Source: Chloroflexia bacterium
GTDB taxonomy: Bacteria > Chloroflexota > Chloroflexia > Thermobaculales > Thermobaculaceae
Assembly: GCA_030446765.1 (NCBI GenBank)
Contig: JAUJMR010000001.1
Span: 273,826-337,825 of the forward strand
Direction of reading: 5' to 3'
Length of the DNA: 64,000 bases
Position numbers and translations under genes: made by a program. The notes under the pieces were generated by a model. That model was not told the origin of the DNA. It searched no databases and saw nothing but the letters and a program-made list of their open reading frames with translations. Below are positions 18,991-30,315 of the stretch, piece by piece (within the stretch, counting starts at the first letter, position 1; each line of letters starts with the position of its first letter).

Positions 18991-19758
18991 TTGCGCAGAC
19001 TTCTGTCATTTATGGTCACGGTACTGTTCATCGCCGCGTGTGGGGCAACCACGCCTACTCCGACGACAACGGTAGAAGAGTTCCCTGTCGCCACCGAGGA
19101 GGTGAGCGCTGCCCCCACCGTCCCTACCGTCGAAGTAGTGGCTCCCGAAGCAGGCGGCACGGCTGTTGCGACTCCGCTAACAGCAATAGAAACGGTACCA
19201 ATGCCCGAAGGGGCAGACGGAGCCACAGAGGAGGTACAGGTGCAAAAGCAGTATTCATCCCCACCCGCGATGCAGATTGACGTCAACAAGCAATACACCG
19301 CAACGTTCGAGACGAATAAGGGCACGATTGTCGCAGAGTTGTACCCGAAGGACGCACCCGTTACAGTGAACAACTTCGTGTTCCTTGCGCGAGAAGGATA
19401 CTATGACGGTATCATCTTCCATCGGATCATCCCCGGCTTCGTCATCCAGGGCGGGGACCCCACAGGAACCGGATCGGGAGGTCCGGGCTACCAGTTCGAG
19501 GACGAACTAGGCAGCACACAGCGCCCGTACGAGACTGGATCGCTCGCAATGGCGAACGCGGGCCCCAACACGAACGGAAGTCAGTTCTTCATCGTCCTGG
19601 AAGGTGGGGGGCCGAACCTGGGTCCCTTGTACAACCATTTCGGTAAGGTCACTTCAGGCATGGACGTTGTGAATGAGATCGCGTCCACGCCCACGGGCGC
19701 CGGTGATCGGCCGCAGGAGACCGTGCGAATTGAGACGATCACCATAGAAGAACAGTAG
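18991..19758 (+). CDS. Cyclophilin-type peptidyl-prolyl cis-trans isomerase, lipoprotein
   Basis: Signal plus lipobox MRRLLSFMVTVLFIAAC, then FHRIIPGFVIQGGDPTGTGSGGPGY, MANAGPNTNGSQFFI. TTG start after AAAGGAAG. Confidence 0.9.
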   Translation: MRRLLSFMVTVLFIAACGATTPTPTTTVEEFPVATEEVSAAPTVPTVEVVAPEAGGTAVATPLTAIETVPMPEGADGATEEVQVQKQYSSPPAMQIDVNKQYTATFETNKGTIVAELYPKDAPVTVNNFVFLAREGYYDGIIFHRIIPGFVIQGGDPTGTGSGGPGYQFEDELGSTQRPYETGSLAMANAGPNTNGSQFFIVLEGGGPNLGPLYNHFGKVTSGMDVVNEIASTPTGAGDRPQETVRIETITIEEQ

Positions 19759-19800
19759 CCCGCGGTATCAGGTTCCGGCATTGGAGGGCGAGATTTCGCT

Positions 19801-20856
19801 CTATCTCGCACCAGTCGGAACGCCGTTGAGCACCCCTTCGATGATCTCGATCGCTCGATCGTACTGTTCGGTCTGAAGTCCGTGGCGAGCCACGAGACGG
19901 AGTCTGCGCGCGCCGAAGCTACTGATGCGCAACCCGTTGTCAGCGAGCGCCGAGAGGAACTGCTCGGGCTCGAACCGCTCATCAGCGAGCTCGAACACGA
20001 CAATATTCGTCTGCACCGTTTCGAGGTCGATCTCGATACCCGGCAGTTCGCTCAGGCGTTGCGCGAGCGTTCGTGCGGCGCGGTGATCCTCGGGTATACG
20101 ATCGACCATTTGCTCCAGAGCGACGATGCCCGCAGCAGCTATGACTCCTGCTTGCCGCATCGCGCCTCCAAGCATTTTGCGCGCCTTGCGCGCCTCGTGA
20201 ATGAAGGGGGCGGGGCCTGCAAGCAAGCTGCCGACCGGCGCGGATAGACCCTTCGAGAGGCAGAACTGGACGGTGTCGACAGGCGCCGTGAGCTCCGGTA
20301 CGGGGAGATTCAGATACGCGGCGGCATTGAAGATGCGCGCGCCATCGAGATGCACGGGCACGCCACGGTCGTGAGCAACAGTCGAAAGGGCCTGCATCTG
20401 CTCCCGGTCCAGCACGGTGCCGCCGCAACGATTGTGGGTGTTCTCCAGGCAGACCAGTCCCGTGGGAGGAAATCCACTGCGCTCGGGACGGATCGCAGCA
20501 TCCAGCTCGTCAAGGTCCACGCTGCCGTAGCGATTGTTTCGCACGGTACGATATGGCAGCCCACCGAGCGCAGATCCCCCCCCACTCTCGTACCAGAATA
20601 TGTGGCTCTGGTCGCCCATCACCACTTCATCGCCGCGGCCGCAGTGCGTCAGCAGCGCACACAGATTGCCCATAATGCCACTCGGAACGTACATCGCGGC
20701 TTCCTTTCCCACCTTCGAGGCCGCCAGCTCCTCCAGGCGGTTCACGGTGGGGTCCTCACCACTCTGATCATCGCCCACTTCAGCGCGAGCCATCGCCTCG
20801 CGCATCTCCGGGGTTGGGTGTGTAACGGTGTCGCTTCGAAGATCAATCACGGACAC
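19801..20856 (-). CDS. ltaE: Low-specificity L-threonine aldolase
   Basis: VIDLRSDTVTHPTPEMREAMA..GDD and HLDGARIFNAA motifs. A GTG at 20856 follows AAGGGAGAA. The track ORF extends to 20913. Confidence 0.85.
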   Translation of the reverse strand: MSVIDLRSDTVTHPTPEMREAMARAEVGDDQSGEDPTVNRLEELAASKVGKEAAMYVPSGIMGNLCALLTHCGRGDEVVMGDQSHIFWYESGGGSALGGLPYRTVRNNRYGSVDLDELDAAIRPERSGFPPTGLVCLENTHNRCGGTVLDREQMQALSTVAHDRGVPVHLDGARIFNAAAYLNLPVPELTAPVDTVQFCLSKGLSAPVGSLLAGPAPFIHEARKARKMLGGAMRQAGVIAAAGIVALEQMVDRIPEDHRAARTLAQRLSELPGIEIDLETVQTNIVVFELADERFEPEQFLSALADNGLRISSFGARRLRLVARHGLQTEQYDRAIEIIEGVLNGVPTGAR

Positions 20857-21080
20857 AGGTATTCTCCCTTGATTCAGCTTGCCGAGGCTTATCGCCCTCG
20901 GCTGCTCGTGCACTCAGACAACATGGTACTGGGCCCCGTAGTAAACCGACAAGCAGTTGGAGAGGAAGCAACCTGCCCCGAGTCGATAAGTGACAGTATT
21001 CGTACCCTGATCAGCAAAAACACGAGGGCGCACTCGGCGTCAAATCGCGTGGCGTGGCTCGAGCGCGTACTGAGCGGTTT

Positions 21081-22031
21081 CTACGTTGCGGATTGCGCCG
21101 CCTGGCTCGTGCTAACCTTTTCCCCGGTGTCCTTACCTTCCGGGTGGGCATCCTCCACGATCTGGTTCATCTCGGCACCAAGCAGCAGGATGAACGACGT
21201 GTAGTAGATATACAGCATGAAGACCACTGCGCCGGCGACGGCGCCGTACGCAGTGAAGTCCGCGGTGTTCACGTACAGCGAAAACAGTCCGGTGAAGATG
21301 AGCCAGAGCGTTACCGCGATCAAGGAGCCAGGCGTCACGAACTTGAACGATTGCTCGACGTTGGGCGCGAAATAGTACACCACCGCAAAGGCCAGGAGCA
21401 CAAACAGAACGAGCACCGGCCACTGTAAGACGTACCACGCATACCGTGCGATGCTGTCACCGAGTAGTGCACGGGCGATGCTCGGCCCGGCGACCACCAG
21501 GGTGGCGGCACTGAGGAGCAAGCTCACGACGCCGAGTGCGAGCCCAATCGAGATCAAGTATTTCTTCACGAACGGTCGTGAGTCATCTACGCCGTACATT
21601 ACATTCATAGCCTCCATCACGGCCCGAAAGGCGCCCGAGAGACCGTATAGACTGACTAGGATGGAAATCACGGCACCGAAACCGAAGGCGGTGTCCCGCT
21701 CTCTGTCCGTCAATGTACTGGCACTGGTGCGCAGGAACTCATATGCCGGTTCAGGAAGCGTAGGCTGGACCGACGCAAGAATGTTGGTAACGAAGTCACG
21801 TGCGTCGAAGAGACCGAGCAACGAAATCAGAAAGGTCAGGAAGGGTAGCACCGCAAAAATCGCCCGATACGTTAGACTCCCGGCGAACGCGCCGACATGG
21901 TCCTCATTCATTTCCTTGAAGGTGCGTTTCAGAAACGATCCAAAGCCAAGGCGCTCGCGGGTCAGTGGCACGCGTACCCGGTTCAGATTCGACTCCATGT
22001 TGCGCACAAGGCCCATACCAGGTACGTTCAC
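21081..22031 (-). CDS. YihY/BrkB (ribonuclease BN-like) family membrane protein
   Basis: AGSLTYRAIFAVLPFLTFL... plus six predicted TM segments and a GAEMNQ C-terminal motif. Confidence 0.8.
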   Translation of the reverse strand: MNVPGMGLVRNMESNLNRVRVPLTRERLGFGSFLKRTFKEMNEDHVGAFAGSLTYRAIFAVLPFLTFLISLLGLFDARDFVTNILASVQPTLPEPAYEFLRTSASTLTDRERDTAFGFGAVISILVSLYGLSGAFRAVMEAMNVMYGVDDSRPFVKKYLISIGLALGVVSLLLSAATLVVAGPSIARALLGDSIARYAWYVLQWPVLVLFVLLAFAVVYYFAPNVEQSFKFVTPGSLIAVTLWLIFTGLFSLYVNTADFTAYGAVAGAVVFMLYIYYTSFILLLGAEMNQIVEDAHPEGKDTGEKVSTSQAAQSAT

Positions 22032-22041
22032 ATGGCTCCCC

Positions 22042-22992
22042 TTATACTTTGCGCGCGTAGATGGTCATCAGATCACCAAGATTGACTGGTATCCGCAAAT
22101 TCCCCAAGCCCGTATGCTCCGTGGCCAACCGGGCCAGACGATGCAGCACCGGACTGTACGCGTGGAGTTTACTGACCAGGTAACGGATGTAAATGATCCG
22201 TACGTGAGGCTCTATGGCGATAACATCGAACCCCGCCTTCTCCAGCATGGGGTGAGTCAGACTCTCCGGTGTGAAGTAGTACTGATGCATCAGCATGTAC
22301 CACGGCCAGTGTCCGCGCAACAGCCGGGGCGTGAGGCTGCCGACGTTCATGGTCGTGAGCGCGAAGACACCGCCCGGTTTCACGAACCGCACAACGTCCC
22401 GCAGTTCACTCTGCGGGTCAGCGAAATGCTCCACGACGTCCCACATGGTGACAAGATCGAAGCTCTCCTCGGGAAAGCCCGCGTTTGCGACAGTGGTGGG
22501 GCGGACATCGAGACCGTGAGTCTCTCGCGCGTGTCGGGCGGCCCATGCCGAGGGCTCGACTCCCGACACCTCGTAGCCCGCCTCACGCGCGACCCGCAGG
22601 AACGTGCCTACGTGCGCTCCAATGTCGAGCAGATACCCGCGTGGGGCGTGCTTGGCCAGCCGTTGCATCTCATAGCGGAAGGTCGCCAAGCGTGCCTCTT
22701 CCTCTTCCAGGTAGGAGGGATCTTCGACTGCCGCATACAATCGGTCGAGCATCGCGGCGTTCGGCCGGGGATTCGTGTAAACGAGGCCGCAGTTACTGCA
22801 TCGGACGATCGTACCGTGCTGCCCGACACCAGGGCTCGTGCAGGCGAACACCGCGGCGCGCAGGTCGGCTGCCTGCGTGTTCGCGCGCAGGACGACGGTC
22901 GCATCCGCAGAGCCGCAGAGATTACACGGGACGAACTCCAGCCCAACCTCACTATGGGACGGATTTGACGCTTGTGCTATAGCTGTTTTCAT
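22042..22992 (-). CDS. Class I SAM-dependent methyltransferase with N-terminal Cys4 zinc ribbon
   Basis: CNLCGS...CSNCGLVYTNPRP followed by YLLDIGAHVGTF (motif I) and DLVTMWDVVEH. Confidence 0.8.
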   Translation of the reverse strand: MKTAIAQASNPSHSEVGLEFVPCNLCGSADATVVLRANTQAADLRAAVFACTSPGVGQHGTIVRCSNCGLVYTNPRPNAAMLDRLYAAVEDPSYLEEEEARLATFRYEMQRLAKHAPRGYLLDIGAHVGTFLRVAREAGYEVSGVEPSAWAARHARETHGLDVRPTTVANAGFPEESFDLVTMWDVVEHFADPQSELRDVVRFVKPGGVFALTTMNVGSLTPRLLRGHWPWYMLMHQYYFTPESLTHPMLEKAGFDVIAIEPHVRIIYIRYLVSKLHAYSPVLHRLARLATEHTGLGNLRIPVNLGDLMTIYARKV

Positions 22993-23097
22993 CGTTGTCC
23001 TGTCCGCCCTCTTTGCCTGAGTAGTTTAGCGGCACACCAAAGCTTTCGCCAATACTGGAACGTGGGCTATTACGGGACTGCACTTGGGGCCTGCGGT

Positions 23098-24632
23098 CAT
23101 CTGGGAGCCTGGGCGAGCGACAGGAACTGGTTCGCGAGACACGACGCGTCGAACGGTTCGTGACCGATCATGCGCGGGATCTCTTCGTTCTCGCGGCTTT
23201 CCCCGGGCCGCCCAGAGCTCGCGGAGGAAGGCACCGGCCTCGGGCACGCTATACCACGCTTCGCCATACGTAGCCTCCAGATGTCGACGGACCATCGCCT
23301 CAGTTATCCAGGCGCGAAGGTAGTCGGCGGAGTAGTACCCGCTGTCCATGTCGTTCAGATAGTTGGCCGGGGGATAGATGAAGCGGGTAGCATTCTGGAG
23401 TCCTGCCGCGTATAACGCTCTGTTACGGTTATTATCCGCAGGGTGCTCATAGAAGGCGAGTTCGTATCGGAGTTTCGCTACGTACCGGCGCACCAAAAAG
23501 AACTCCGACAGTTTGGTGTAATAGACCACCTCGTCTGCGATGTCCTCACTGACTCCTACGACGTCACGGAGCCACGAGCGATTGACGGTCAGGAACTGCA
23601 ACAGGAAGCTGTAGATCTCGGTGAGCGCGTAGCTCGTGCCGATCGCGCGGTCGAGGTAATGCAGGGAGGTGTCGACATTGCCGTAGTGTTGAGCGTGGCC
23701 CGCCTCGTGGAAAAACGCGGCGTAATCATCGAGTCCACCAAGTGGTTTGATGATCAGGTGGACCTCACCGGGCGGGTCGGGGGCGAAGCAACAGGCTCGG
23801 GGTTCTTTTTCGGGCGATCCTCGGTGTCGAGATGGATATTCGTCTGAAGGCGGACGTCGAGCTCCATGCCACGGAGCGTGCTTGCATATATGTCGGCCAG
23901 GCGCTCTTTCGTGAAATATGCGTCGTACTCAGGCACCCGGCTGATGTAGGCGAAGTGATTCGACCCCAGTGTGCCCAGCACTCGCCCGGTCTTTTCCTCG
24001 GCCCATCGGCTCATGAGGCGGACGTATGTCTCCTCCGTCCGCGAAAGGAAGTCCTCGAGCCGCCCAAGCAGTAGGTTGTAGTCGACTCCCTTTTTCTCGC
24101 CGTTATAGCGCGTATAGCTGCTGTACCCGAACTCCGAAGCCAGAGTATCCAGACGCCGCCCAACGATCTCCGCGCGGTCCGGGTTGGTTTGCTCCACCAC
24201 GTCCAGCGTCGCGTCGCGCAACCTATCCCGTCGCTCGAAGTCTGGCTCACGCGCCAGCAAGGCTCGGACGTTATGGAACGGGATCGTTTCACTATCCACC
24301 TCGACGGTCGCCCCCATCTCGAAGGAGACAACACGGTCCTCCTGCTCGGCGGTCTTGCTGCTGACGTAGCCATCGAGCAGGAAGTAATAGGCGCGACGCA
24401 GGCGATTCTTCTCGGCCGGATCAACCTCACGCTCCCAGGCGTCTCTGGCTCGTTGCACTGTCGCCTGGTTATACAACCACGCGTACTTTTCCAGCACACT
24501 GGCTATATCTTGCTCGTCTTTCAACCCAACGCGCGCTAGGCGGCTTTCCGTGTCGAGCTCATAGCTGCTATCTCGAATGCCCTGGACGATATCGTTGATC
24601 TCTTTCGCCTGGGTTGTCACCGCGGCCTCCAT
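23098..24632 (-). pseudogene. M3-family oligoendopeptidase (PepF-like), two frame breaks
   Basis: The N-terminal ORF 23754..24632 ends artificially. The next frame reads KKNP|RACCFAPDPPGEVHLIIKPLGGLDDYAAFFHEAGHAQH (HEXXH). The break is at G-run 23790-23793. A second break at about 23199-23206 restores ...GESRENEEIPRMIGHEPFDASCLANQF to TGA 23098-23100. Confidence 0.8.
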
Positions 24633-24764
24633 TTTCCCCGCATTATCGCGCGTCTGTCGAATGCCTGTCAGCCATCATAATGCGTCGTATGAGCCTTCGT
24701 CCACGAGCTGTCCCGAATGTGGGCTACAATGATTCGTGACAGACGAGAGGAGGAACAGCTGGCC

Positions 24765-25551
24765 GTGATTGAGATACACATCGATCCCAACCTGGTCAGG
24801 TTCGGCGGCCTGGTGCTGGCATGGCACGGCATCTTCACGGCGGTCGGCATTCTGGCTGGAGTTTGGCTTGCCGCCCGCGTGATGCGCATGTACGGGCTCA
24901 GTGACGAACCAGTATATAACGCGATAATTATCGCGGTGCCATCCGCGATCATCGGTGCCCGTGTGCTATACGTCCTCGGCAACTGGTCGCAGTTTTCGAA
25001 CAATATCCTGGACGCCTTCCTGATCTACAAGGGTGGAATCTCGGTGTGGGGCGCGGTACTCGGTGGAATTCTGGGTGGGCTGTACCATGCGCTACGCAAT
25101 AAGACGCCGCTGGCGGAGTTCGCGGACGCCGCCGGGATGGGACTCTTTTTTGGCATGGCGATCGGCAGAATCGGGGATATCATCAACGGGGAGCATCGAG
25201 GCAGTCCCGGACGCGCCCTGGTCCGTACGGTATACCCACCCCGACACGCTCGGGGAGATCGGACGGTCGGTGCATCTGGCCGTGGGATATGAGATGCTCT
25301 GGGACCTCGTGTTCGTCGGCCTCTTGCTGTTCCTGATTCCGAGGCTACGGGTGCGCGGTGTGGTGTTCTGGCTGTTCCTAATCCTGTATTCCGCCGGGCG
25401 GATCTGGACGCATGAATACCGCACGGATGGCGGACAGGTGCTGGGGTTACAGGAGGCTCAGTTCCTGGGACTGCTCACCCTTGCCATCGCCGTGCCTGGA
25501 CTGCTGTGGGTCCTATTTACGCGCGCGCAGGCGCCCGCCACTCGCGAGTGA
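24765..25551 (+). pseudogene. lgt: Prolipoprotein diacylglyceryl transferase, one frame break
   Basis: WHGIFTAVGILAG, GARVLYVL, GGISVWGAVLGG, GRIGDIINGEH in one frame. PDAPWSVRYTHPD...GYEMLWDL...ILYSAGRIWTHEYR in the +1 frame. Break at about 25195-25210. The GTG start follows GAGGAGGAA. Confidence 0.85.
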
Positions 25552-25683
25552 CGATACTCCCACCCCAGTCCGCGCGGACGAACTGGGCACGCCTGAAACC
25601 GCAAGCTGAGGCTGTGAGCCGGTTTTCACGTCGAGTGTTACGCTGCACCACCACTTCACGCCAGCACGTCGCGCAGCCGTCGA

Positions 25684-26743
25684 TCAGTCGCTGCCGGCAA
25701 GAGCCGCATCGATCTGCGCGAGTTCGTCATCACTGAACGCAACGTTGTCGAGAGCCGCCACGTTCTCCTCTATCTGCTGAACTTTCGATGCGCCGATCAG
25801 CGCGCTCGTCACTGTAGGGAGGCGCAGGGTCCAGACCAGCGCCATCTGTGCGAGTGTCTGATTCCTCTTGGCGGCTATCTCGTTCAGCGCGCGGAGCGTT
25901 TGCAGACGCTCTGCGGTCAGGCGCGAGCGCGTCGCCTCTTCGCCCCAAAGCATCGCACCTCGAGAATCCTGCGGGATCTCACCGCTAAGATACTTATCCG
26001 TCAGTAGCCCACTTGCCAGCGGCACAAACGCGATGACGCCGGTACCCAACCGCTCCGTGTGTGGCAGCAGGTCCGCCTCGATCCCACGCTGGAGCAGGTT
26101 ATATGCGGGCTGGTGAATCGTGATTGGCGCCCAGTCGTGGCGCTCACACACCCGCACTGCGTCAGCATACATGGCACCCGAGAAGCTGCTAACCCCACCG
26201 TATAGCACCTTCCCCTGTCGGATGAGCAGGTCGAGCGCGCCAAGACTTTCTTCGAGCGGCGTTTGCGGATCCGGGCGGTGCAAGTAAAAGATATCGAAGT
26301 AGTCGAGCCCCATCCGCCGGAGGCTTTGATCACAGGAAGCAACGATGTACTTTTTCGACAACCACTCACCATAAGGTCCCGGCCACATTCGATAGCCGGC
26401 TTTTGAAGAGATGATCAACTCGTCGCGAGGAAACTCGGTCCGAATGATCTCCCCACATACTAGCTCCGACGAACCGGGTGGGTAGCCGTAGTTGTTCGCG
26501 AAGTCGAAATGGGTGATGCCAAGGTCGAAACGCCTTGCGCAGACATTCGCGAGCGATCTCGGCTCCCCGATAACCGCCGAACGTCTCCCAGCCACCGAGC
26601 GAGATCAGGGGGAGCATCAGTCCGCTGGCGCCACAGCGGCGGTACTGCATCCGTTCATAGCGATCCGTCGCGAAGGTATCGTCCCTGCCTTGCGCGATGC
26701 CGGTCGCCGGTAAGGTGTTAGTGGCGTCGTCAACGGTCGTCAC
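25684..26743 (-). pseudogene. Aldo/keto reductase, YghZ (L-glyceraldehyde-3-phosphate reductase)-like, one frame break
   Basis: Almost colinear with my recollection of E. coli YghZ: DRYERMQYRRCGASGLMLPLISLGGW...RKAF|DLGITHFDFANNYGYPPGSSE...IISSKAGY..WPGPYG...DIFYLHRPD. Break at about 26525-26531. GTG 26743 follows GAAGGAG. Confidence 0.88.
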
Positions 26744-26890
26744 GTAGGTTGCTCCTTCGGAATGTTCGGCCTGATTGCGCCAGCAGTGTACCACAGGCAC
26801 TTAGATGGCAATGCGGGCCTCGCCTGCCCGATCGTCCGTGCCGGTGAGTCGATTCTGAGGTGTCAGGCGCTTAAACGAGCCGTCTACCGA

Positions 26891-27837
26891 TCATGCGGTG
26901 ACCTGTGCCAGGGCGCGGTTCCAGTCATCGGTGAAGCGATCCAGCCCGAATCGCCGTTTCGCGAGGTCACGGGCGTTGTCTCCGAGACGCCGTGCCTCTC
27001 TCGGATCGTCGATCAGCGACTGCATGCGGTCTATGAGCGCTTCCGGATCCGCTGATACGTACCCCGTGACATCGTTCTCGATGACACTGGGCAACTCGGT
27101 CGTCGCAAGGGCGACAACAGGCATCCCAACATGGAGTGCCTCGACGACGGCCAGGGGTAGACTGGTATACCGCATCGGGCTATATAAGAAGCGGTACTCT
27201 GCCACGCGGCGGTGAAGCGCCGGATACGGATGTCGCCGATCGGGTGGAGCGACTCGTTCTCCATTCCGGCAAGGTCGAGCGGTACGTGGCGGCGTGCATG
27301 TTGAAAGAGGTCGAGTCCCACCGCGCGCCCGCGTCGGGGCATGCTGTTTACGACCGTGATCCCGCGTTCCAGATGACCGACGTAGCGCGCTCCCGGATCA
27401 ATGGCAACGCTGTGCTCGATGACCATGATCGGCACGGTTCCGTTGTCCCACATCAGCCGGTTGTAATGGGTCACATGCACGAGCAGCACCGACGGGTCGT
27501 CAACCGGGTGGCGCGAGGCAACTGCGTGGGGCTGCGGCACATTATGCTCCAGGTAGATGCGGGAGCCGCCTCTGCTCCGAACTTAGATCTCGAACTGGTC
27601 ATCGTGGTAATTCTGCGGGTGTTGGAACACGATGGCGTCAAGATCCAGGTGGCGCACTGCTTCCGCCGGCACATCTCGAACGTAATCCTGCTTGAGTAGG
27701 CTGCCGCTCACACCGCCATAGCCGGGTGGCCTGCCGGGCTTGACCGGCAGATACCACTCGTGGGGCACGTGGGTGAGCACGTTCAGGTAGCCGCCATGTA
27801 TAGTCCACGTCAGGATCTTGAGCGGTCTCACCACCAA
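26891..27837 (-). pseudogene. GT1/GT4-family glycosyltransferase, one frame break plus one in-frame TAA
   Basis: KILTWTIHGGYLNVL..., IYLEHNVP, LLVHVTHYN, RYTSLPLAVVEALHVGMPVVALATTELP. In-frame TAA at 27583-27585. Frameshift at about 27228-27231 (GDI|PYPALHRRVAEYRFLYSP). Confidence 0.75.
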
Positions 27838-28363
27838 CGCGACCCCGGCAGAGTCGCCGCACTCCGCGCGAAAAGCAGGCGGCGCTCAACGAGAACCGCG
27901 CCCTTCACCGGTCACTAACCCTTGGAATCAGACCCGGGCTCCGTCACGACACCGCCACTCCTACCATCCGTAAAGGTCTCGTTCTGACTGGGACTTACCC
28001 GATCCAGCCCGATATCCGGGTCGTCTCGAGGGCGGTGTCCGGGTTCCGGTCAGTATGCGGGTCCGAGACGGCATTCTTCTCAGGTACCACTTCATCGACC
28101 GCATTAGACGGCTCGGGTGTCGAGGCGGTTCGGATCAACGTAACTCATGAGATCCTCCCTTGCTAACGGCTAATCACTTCGCCATGGAGGGGGAGTGTAG
28201 CAAGAGCCTGACCACTTTGAGCGCCGTATGGAGCCTGGCGAGCGATAACGTGCAGGTGCCACAAGGAAGCGATCGCTACACGGGTCAGCGACATACCGTC
28301 ACCCACCGTGTAGCGGGGATACGTGCCGACAGATTCGACGCGGGCCCCACTCGTCGGCCAGTC

Positions 28364-29288
28364 TCACGCTTCCGTGAGGGCCGGCACGATGCTCTCACCG
28401 AACAGCTGCATCGGCTCGATATCGTCCACATCGGGCATGGTGAAGGTGACATACGTCGAGCCCACGGCGGCGTACGCGCGGAGCCGCTCAATCACCTGGT
28501 CAGGAGTGCCCGCGATCCCACCGAATTCGGGGAATCGCTCGCTTCCGAGCGAGCTCGGCCTCGTCCTGGGCGATGAGGATGCCCACATGATTGGACTTCG
28601 TCACGTCATCATACGGTCTGGCGGCGCGCTCGCAGTGGGCACGCAGCACCGCGAACTTGTGCGCCACCTGCTCCGGGTCGCCAAACACGTTGCACATGTC
28701 TGCGTACTGCGCAACCAGACGCAGCGTCTTCTTCTCACCGCCGCCGCCGATCATAATCGGAGGATGCGGCTTCTGCACGGGTAGAGGGTCATTGAGCGCA
28801 TCGTGAATAGAGTAATGCTTGCCCTCGTACGTGGCGGGCCGTTCTGTCATCATCAGCTTCGTGATCTGGACCGCATCCTCGAGCTTCTCCATACGTTCGG
28901 TTACCGTGCCGAACGGCCACCCGTAGGAGTCGAACTCCAGTTTGTGCCATCCCGCGCCGAGACCCACGATACTGCGGCCGTGACTGATAACGTCCAGTGT
29001 CGTATGCATCTTCGCGAGCAGCGCGGGGTTGCGGTACGGCACACCAACGACCAGGGCGCCGAGCCGTACTCGTTCTGTCGCCGATGCAAGCGCTCCGAGG
29101 ATCAGAAAGCACTCCAGATTCGGCCGCTCCCGGTCAGGGTCATCTTCATCACGCCACATGAAATGGTCCGCAAACCACACGGAGTCGAGGCCGGCTGCCT
29201 CACAGGACCGCGCAACGGCAAGCACGCTGTCCCAGCTGTTACCGCCACCTCGCGGTGGATATGTCGAAAGCTGTAAACCAAACTTCAT
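28364..29288 (-). pseudogene. Luciferase-like monooxygenase (LLM) family flavin/F420-dependent oxidoreductase, one frame break
   Basis: MKFGLQLS...GLDSVWFADHF...GLGAGW...KPHPPIMIGGGGEKKTLRLVAQYADMCN. The C-terminus (ERFPEFGGIAGTPDQVIERLRAYAAVGSTYVTF) is in another frame. Break at about 28535-28550. Confidence 0.8.
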
Positions 29289-29329
29289 CCTTCTGTTCCC
29301 TCCATAGCTGCTTCACGAAGCACTGCTGC

Positions 29330-30198
29330 CTATATCCACGCGTCCCAGATCGCTCGTGCAAAGTGTCCGATTGTTTTCTCACCGGTGTTCTCCACCGACC
29401 AGCGCGTGTCCTCCAACTCCTTCGCGAAGACAGCGATGATCCATTCGCGTCCGTCCTTGAAGCGAAGCAGCGCTACGTCATTTCGGACTCCGCTCACTGC
29501 TCCGGTCTTATTCGCGATCATCGGCTCGCTCTCCCCGTCACCGCGTCATACGTATCTGGGAGGAAGCGGGGAATGCTCGCCCGATAGTGCTGGCGACTCA
29601 GGATCCGCAGCATCTCCGCACTCGCTCCCGATCTGACCACCGAACCACGGGCGAGGCCCTCGTACAAGCGCAGCATCTCATCCGGTGTGGTAAAACCAAG
29701 CTCCTTGCTCTCACCCGGACCAACAGGCGCGAAACTGATTAGCCGGTTCAAGCAGGTTTGCCGAAGTCCCAACGTGATTGCGCATTCGTTGACGGCATCT
29801 AGTCCGAGCCTGGTCACAAGCATGTTCGTCGCCACGTTGTCGCTGACGATGATCATTGCGGTGCACAGATCGTGGAGTGTCGGCAACAGTCCGCTGCTGA
29901 ACTCGTTCAGCACACCGGAGCCACTCACCCTGTACTGATCGTCGAGCGCCATTCGCTCCTCAAGAGATACCGAGCCGTTGTCCACCTGTCGGAACAGCTC
30001 CACCATAACCAGCACCTTTATGACGCTGGCCGTGTTGAAGATATCGTCGGCGTGCAACCTAACGGTCTCGCCCGTCGATAAGTTTTTTGCCGCGACCCCG
30101 AACGTGCCGCCACCGTTGCCAGCAATGCGGCGCACTTGCTCCATCAGACTCAAGTCATTCTCCTTCTGGTGTAGGTATAAACGCAGTGCGCCCATCAT
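29330..30198 (-). pseudogene. Class A beta-lactamase-fold serine hydrolase, one frame break
   Basis: SVIK (SxxK) and SDN motifs are in ORF 29518..30198. The KTG motif (IANKTGAV) is in ORF 29330..29521. Restoring one G at the run 29533-29536 gives DAVTGESEPMIANKTG. Confidence 0.75.
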
Positions 30199-30315
30199 GG
30201 TGCGCCATCGCCCCGCGACCCACGTACAAGGTACCTATAAGCGCATGCCCGACTGCCTCGCACGTTTCGTGCGAGATGTATCGTACGTCAACACGCTGAG
30301 GCATCGGAGGACGCA

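Noticed and set aside
21451-22968. 505-aa plus-strand ORF. Other long ORFs of the same kind: 16371..17120 (+), 46103..47188 (+), 3769..4674 (-), 18057..18893 (+), 36453..37199 (+), 37518..38066 (+), 38071..38910 (-), 61924..62724 (-), 28803..29276 (+) and 42924..43625 (+).
   Set aside because: All lie antisense to, or out of frame with, genes that have strong family signatures (YihY, methyltransferase, murA, ndh, TPR, NCS2 permease, Gfo/Idh/MocA, LLM, Crp). Their Arg/Pro/Ser/Gly-rich composition is the usual shadow-ORF artefact of high-GC DNA, and they have no motifs or RBS.
27583-27585. The in-frame TAA in the glycosyltransferase as evidence for stop-codon reassignment or recoding.
   Set aside because: TAA, TAG and TGA all terminate other well-delimited genes in the window at the expected positions. 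A local double indel or a simple nonsense mutation explains this one.
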